In this document: in pieces, positions 35,009 through 39,230 of the stretch | Position numbering within the stretch: position 1 is the stretch's first letter | Layout of the letters: every line of letters starts with the position of its first letter | DNA from: a virus | Taxonomy: Duplodnaviria > Caudoviricetes | Strand: one strand, 5' to 3' | IMG/VR virus record: IMGVR_UViG_3300033067_001659 | Location: 1 to 39,230 of that record | Length of the DNA stretch: 39,230 nt | Made by a program: the position numbers and the translations under genes | Notes under the pieces: generated by a model | The model's database searches: none | What the model saw: only the letters and a program-made list of their open reading frames with translations | What the model was told of the DNA's origin: nothing

Positions 35009-35809
35009 ATGAAAAGTATATATAATACTCAAAAGTGGAAAGATTTAATTAATAATGACGATTTGAAACTTTATGAAGTTTTAAACGATGATTTTTATGA
35101 AATAGGAAATGCTACAAATAAACAAGATAATATTTACTGTTTTTCAAAAACATCATTAAATAATGATAATAAACAATATTATTATATTGATAATCTTGGA
35201 AATGTTAGAAATATTAAAACAATTAAAAAATTTAAAAATTTTAAACTTATAAATAAACCATATTTTGATAAAAACGTAATATCTTGTTTTATTAAAGTTA
35301 AAATTATTAATTACGAAAAATCATCAGAATTATTTGGTTATAAACCAACTAAGAAAGCAATGTTTGAGTCTAAAATATCAGATAATAATAAAAATAACAA
35401 TTTTTTATATGATATTGAAGAAATTTGTGAAAATTTTGTATCTAAAAAAGATGGAAAAACCTATAATGTAGTAGTTTTAAAATTAAAAAATGAAAACAAT
35501 GAAATTATTAAAAAATTAAAATTTGTAGAAGAAGATTTAGAATTTATTTATCCTGATTTATATAAATTCTTTAAATCTATTACTGTTCCTAAAGATAGGA
35601 ATATTAAAAATGGTTCTATTTGTAAAATTATTGATGATAGAAAAATACCTATTTCAAGAAATAGTGTAGTTAAAGTTATTAATATATCATCTTTTAATAC
35701 GAAAACAAAATTACTTAATGGTAAATTAACAAAAACAAAATCTTATGCTCATGTATTATTTGATAATAAAGAATACACAATTAATAGTAACAAATTAAAA
35801 GTAATATAA
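35009..35809 (+). CDS. Hypothetical protein
   Basis: 266 aa, K/N-rich. Confidence 0.7.
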   Translation: MKSIYNTQKWKDLINNDDLKLYEVLNDDFYEIGNATNKQDNIYCFSKTSLNNDNKQYYYIDNLGNVRNIKTIKKFKNFKLINKPYFDKNVISCFIKVKIINYEKSSELFGYKPTKKAMFESKISDNNKNNNFLYDIEEICENFVSKKDGKTYNVVVLKLKNENNEIIKKLKFVEEDLEFIYPDLYKFFKSITVPKDRNIKNGSICKIIDDRKIPISRNSVVKVINISSFNTKTKLLNGKLTKTKSYAHVLFDNKEYTINSNKLKVI

Positions 35810-35810
35810 A

Positions 35811-36704
35811 ATGATTAAATTAAAAAAAAAATTAACTAAAAAAGTTAGTACTTTAACTTCTTTCAGACCAATGATTAGAAGCAGACATCCTTCACATGAT
35901 GTTTTAAGAAAAAATCTACCATTATTACCTTTTAGAAGTGTAGTAAGATTAGGTAGCACAACTACAATAACTGATGGAAAACAGCGTGTAGAATGTAATA
36001 CTGTACAATCAGTTAAAAATAGTGCTAGTAAATTATTAATGAAACAATGTTTTACTAGAGTTGGTGTTAAAACTGCTGATTGGTGGACATATCCAAATAC
36101 ACATAATGTTTTTACAGCACATGTATATGAAAATGGTGGTAGAGGTTATTTTACAGGAGCTACTGATATTATTAATTTACCATATCCAATTATTTGTAAA
36201 TCACTACATGGTTCAAGGGGTGAAGGTAATTCGTTGGTTAAAAATCAACAAGAATTAGAAACATTTATACAAAATAAAACTCTTAGTAATTATATATTTG
36301 AAAAATATTATACTTATTCAAGAGAATATCGTATTCATGTTACAAATGAAGGATGTTTTTATACTTGTCGTAAAATGTTAAAAAATGGTACTCCTGAGAA
36401 TTTAAAATTTCAAAGACATGATGATAATTGTGTGTGGATTTTAGAAACTAATCCTTCATTTAATAAACCTGTTAATTGGAATGAAATAGTTGATGATTGT
36501 GTTAAAGCTCTTAATTCATTAGGTTTAGATATTGGTGCTTTTGATGTTAAAGTTCAAAGTGCTAAAGACCAAAAAGGAAGAAATAGAACTAAATGTGAAT
36601 ATATTATTATTGAATCTTGTAGTGCACCAAGTTTTGGTGATATTACTGCTCAAAAATATATTGAACAAATACCTAAAATACTTAAAAGAAAATATGGACG
36701 ATAG
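35811..36704 (+). CDS. ATP-grasp (RimK-like) peptide ligase
   Basis: SASKLLMK, YPIICKSLHGSRGEG, FEKY..YSREYRIHV, ALNSLGLDIGAFDV, IIESCSAPS. Confidence 0.88.
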   Translation: MIKLKKKLTKKVSTLTSFRPMIRSRHPSHDVLRKNLPLLPFRSVVRLGSTTTITDGKQRVECNTVQSVKNSASKLLMKQCFTRVGVKTADWWTYPNTHNVFTAHVYENGGRGYFTGATDIINLPYPIICKSLHGSRGEGNSLVKNQQELETFIQNKTLSNYIFEKYYTYSREYRIHVTNEGCFYTCRKMLKNGTPENLKFQRHDDNCVWILETNPSFNKPVNWNEIVDDCVKALNSLGLDIGAFDVKVQSAKDQKGRNRTKCEYIIIESCSAPSFGDITAQKYIEQIPKILKRKYGR

Positions 36705-37245
36705 TAAATTTAGAATTCTTGAAAATAGATGTTTAAGTTATCAAACTTCATTATTTACAAGTAATTCTGCAAATTTTAAAATATTAAACGATTATATTAA
36801 TGAATTTTTAAAAAGAAATAAAAAGTCAAAAAATGAGTATGCTGTAAATGTTGTTTTAAATAGAACATATGCCGGTAATAATTATTGTGATTTTGTTATA
36901 AATTTTAATGAATATCGTTCAGAAGAATATATTAATAATTATACAGCACATGATAATTGTAAAATAATTCTTAGTGAATTATTTGGTAATTGTTCTACGG
37001 TTTGTTTACATAATATTTTTGCTAATAATAGTGACCAAATTCATGATATAATGATTACTGCTGAAAAAATAATAAATTTATTAGGTTATAGTACAGCATT
37101 ATATACAGTTTCTAATGGTGTTAGAGTTAATAATAATTTAGAATCTGAATATTTAATTAAATTTAATTGGGAAGTGATTGATGAATATATTAATAAAAGA
37201 AATGATAATAATATTAAAATATATAGAAAAAAATTAAAAGGATAA
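36694..37245 (+). CDS. Putative GNAT-like acyltransferase
   Basis: Start re-called to MDDSK; C-terminal AEKIINLLGYSTALYTV...YLIKFNWEVIDEYINKR.....IYRKKL resembles the GNAT C-terminal half. Confidence 0.5.
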   Translation: MDDSKFRILENRCLSYQTSLFTSNSANFKILNDYINEFLKRNKKSKNEYAVNVVLNRTYAGNNYCDFVINFNEYRSEEYINNYTAHDNCKIILSELFGNCSTVCLHNIFANNSDQIHDIMITAEKIINLLGYSTALYTVSNGVRVNNNLESEYLIKFNWEVIDEYINKRNDNNIKIYRKKLKG

Positions 37246-37248
37246 AAT

Positions 37249-38064
37249 ATGAAAAAAGAATTAATTAAAAATTTTACATTAGGAAGCGACCCTGAAATGT
37301 TTTTATATTCGGAAAAACTTTCAAAATTTGTACCTGTTTGTGGGTTAGTTGGTGGAAATAAAGATTTAGGAATTCCTATTAATGAACACGAACCTCAATT
37401 TACAATTTTAGAAGATAATGTAGCATTAGAAGCTACAATGCCTCCAGCAATTTCTAAAGAAAAATGGCTTACAAATTTTAAATTTGTAAAAGATTATTGT
37501 TTTGAAACTATATTAAAGCCTTTAGATTTAATTCCTATGTATGTTGGAGCAGCAAGATTTGAACTTGCAGATTTAGATAGTCCTGAAGCTCAATATATGG
37601 GTTGTAGTACTTCTTATTCAGCATGGAATAATGAATCTCATATTGTAAATAGAGATGATTTAACATTAAGAACTGCTGGTATGCATGTGCATGTAGGTTA
37701 TGATAATAACAGTCCTGAAGTAAGTATTCAACTTATTAAAGCTATGGATTTATTTTTAGGCGTTCCTAGTGTATTATTAGACCCTGATACTGAAAGAAGG
37801 ATTATGTATGGTAAAGCTGGTGACCATCGTTTAAAACCTAAATATGGTGTAGAATATCGTGTTTTAAGCTCATATTTTATGTCAACTGATGAGTTATTAG
37901 GTTGGGTTTATGATAATGCTGTAAAAGCCATAGAATTTGTTAATTATGGTGGTATTATTACTAATCCTGAAGAAATTATTAAGTGTATTAACACTTGTGA
38001 TAAAAAAATGGCTAAAGAAATTATTGAAGATTATAAAATTAATGTATTAGAATATGCTAATTAA
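37249..38064 (+). CDS. phiEco32-like COOH-NH2 ligase type 2
   Basis: TLGSDPEMF, LEDNVALE, MGC, LRTAGMHVHVG, RR.MYGKAG, YGVEYRVLS. Confidence 0.9.
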   Translation: MKKELIKNFTLGSDPEMFLYSEKLSKFVPVCGLVGGNKDLGIPINEHEPQFTILEDNVALEATMPPAISKEKWLTNFKFVKDYCFETILKPLDLIPMYVGAARFELADLDSPEAQYMGCSTSYSAWNNESHIVNRDDLTLRTAGMHVHVGYDNNSPEVSIQLIKAMDLFLGVPSVLLDPDTERRIMYGKAGDHRLKPKYGVEYRVLSSYFMSTDELLGWVYDNAVKAIEFVNYGGIITNPEEIIKCINTCDKKMAKEIIEDYKINVLEYAN

Positions 38065-38101
38065 ATATAAAAAATATAACAATTAAATATTATGTAATAA
38101 T

Positions 38102-38128
38102 ATGTGTGGAATTTTGATGATTCGCTAA
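38102..38128 (+). pseudogene. Stub MCGILMIR* resembling a GATase-II N-terminus
   Basis: atg tgt gga att = MCGI, canonical Ntn-amidotransferase start, placed where the GATase gene would be expected to begin. Confidence 0.5.
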
Positions 38129-38135
38129 AAATGTG

Positions 38136-38147
38136 TATATTAATAGT
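38136..38147 (+). promoter_or_regulatory. Candidate late promoter TATATTAATAGT
   Basis: Exact match to motif at 9232-9243(-); abuts ATG 38148. Confidence 0.55.
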
Positions 38148-38705
38148 ATGGAAAATACTACAAAATTATGCAGAAAATGCAATCAACAAAAACAATTAAC
38201 AGAATTTCACAAATGTAAAATTCATAAAGATGGATTATATAATCATTGTAAATCTTGTAAAAAAGAATACGATTTATTATATAGACAAGGTGAAAAAGTT
38301 CAAAAAGCTCAAAAATCTAAAGAATATAGAAATAGGAAAAGAGAGTACGTAAAGTATATATCTACTACAGACCCTAGAAAAATATTATATGCTTCGGCAA
38401 AACAAAGAGCAAAAAAGAATAATTTACCTTTTAATATAGAATTATCTGATATTATAATACCTGAATACTGTCCTATTTTAGACATTAAACTTGAAAGAAA
38501 AGAATATGGAAAAGGTGGAAGTTTTCAACCTAATTCACCAAGTCTTGATAAGATAATTCCCGAGAAAGGCTATGTTAAAGGAAATATAATGGTTATATCC
38601 ATGAAAGCAAATATAATAAAAGGAAACGCAACAATTAATGAATTATTAAAATTTTCGGAAAGTATGATAAATTTAATTAAAAATAAAGGATATGGTAGTA
38701 GTTAA
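38148..38705 (+). CDS. HNH-like homing endonuclease with N-terminal Zn finger
   Basis: CRKC...CKSC; DIIIPEYCPILD, SPSLDKIIPEKGYVKGNIMVISMKAN. Confidence 0.85.
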   Translation: MENTTKLCRKCNQQKQLTEFHKCKIHKDGLYNHCKSCKKEYDLLYRQGEKVQKAQKSKEYRNRKREYVKYISTTDPRKILYASAKQRAKKNNLPFNIELSDIIIPEYCPILDIKLERKEYGKGGSFQPNSPSLDKIIPEKGYVKGNIMVISMKANIIKGNATINELLKFSESMINLIKNKGYGSS

Positions 38706-39230
38706 CATATTTTTAGGAATAATCCTATGGAACTTGATTGTATCAAGTTTAAGCTACAAATTTAAATTAAAAAAAGATAAACTATACTGTGGTATGGTTG
38801 GATTTAGTGGTAAAAATAATTTTGACCTTGATAAAATAAAAACACTTATCTATATAAATAGTATAGAAAGAGGTGAGGATTCTACAGGATTCTATAGTCC
38901 AAATAATGGACTTAAAAAGTGTTTAGATAAAGGTTGGGATTTTGTTACTTCTGATAAAAATAAAATAGAATTAGATACTGTTTTTATGGCACATGTTAGA
39001 AGTGCTACTGTAGGATTTAAAACAGATGTTGCAAATGCTCATCCTTTTAAAAGAGGTGAGTGGATTTTACAACATAACGGTACTTTAAAAAACCATTATC
39101 CATTACTTAGAAAATACAAATTAAAATTTGCAGATTATAATGTTGATAGTGATGTTATTGCAGGAATGTTAGAAGCTGCTGGTGATTTTAGACCTTTATC
39201 TGAAATAAATGGTAGCGCAGCTTTAATTAT
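38692..39230 (+). CDS. Class II (Ntn) glutamine amidotransferase, partial, with 32-aa hydrophobic leader
   Basis: Missing from ORF track (no stop in window). CGMVG at 38788, ERGEDSTG, MAHVRSATVG, NAHPF, QHNGTL, VDSDVI. Confidence 0.88.
   Translation, partial: MVVVNIFLGIILWNLIVSSLSYKFKLKKDKLYCGMVGFSGKNNFDLDKIKTLIYINSIERGEDSTGFYSPNNGLKKCLDKGWDFVTSDKNKIELDTVFMAHVRSATVGFKTDVANAHPFKRGEWILQHNGTLKNHYPLLRKYKLKFADYNVDSDVIAGMLEAAGDFRPLSEINGSAALI

Noticed and set aside
23692-36258. ORFs 23692..23880(-), 34631..34855(-), 36061..36258(+)
   Set aside because: Overlap well-supported genes in other frames
38065-38790. Group I intron around the HNH gene
   Set aside because: Only ~80 nt of AT-rich flank on each side and no P7 or J8/7 core recognisable
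1-39230. Stop-codon reassignment (TAG or TGA), as in some crAss-like phages
   Set aside because: Long genes are intact in code 11, TAG (36704) and TGA (5726, 28681) end genes at operon junctions, and no CTA/TCA suppressor tRNA was found

Overview
AT-rich fragment of a crAss-like (Crassvirales-type) Bacteroidetes phage genome, read in the standard genetic code. The left arm (1-18.9 kb, minus strand) is the late/virion module: terminase, portal, scaffold, major capsid, ring/accessory and fibre proteins, plus GroES, HU/IHF, a Dps-like protein and two endonucleases. The right arm (19.1-39.2 kb, plus strand) carries small early genes, a family-B DNA polymerase, and an ATP-grasp / GNAT-like / COOH-NH2 ligase / GATase-II cluster. 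The most striking content is non-coding, between 17.7 and 28 kb. It includes a circularly permuted tRNA mimic (YrlA-type Y RNA) with no Ro gene in view, a tmRNA with an apparently ~43-aa tag, and three tandem tRNA-like genes with abnormal anticodon loops or G-1:C73 stems. It also includes a variant hammerhead ribozyme candidate and two large (350-450 nt) unassigned structured RNAs, one directly upstream of a DUF559 nuclease. All family assignments come from reading motifs by eye; no searches were run.
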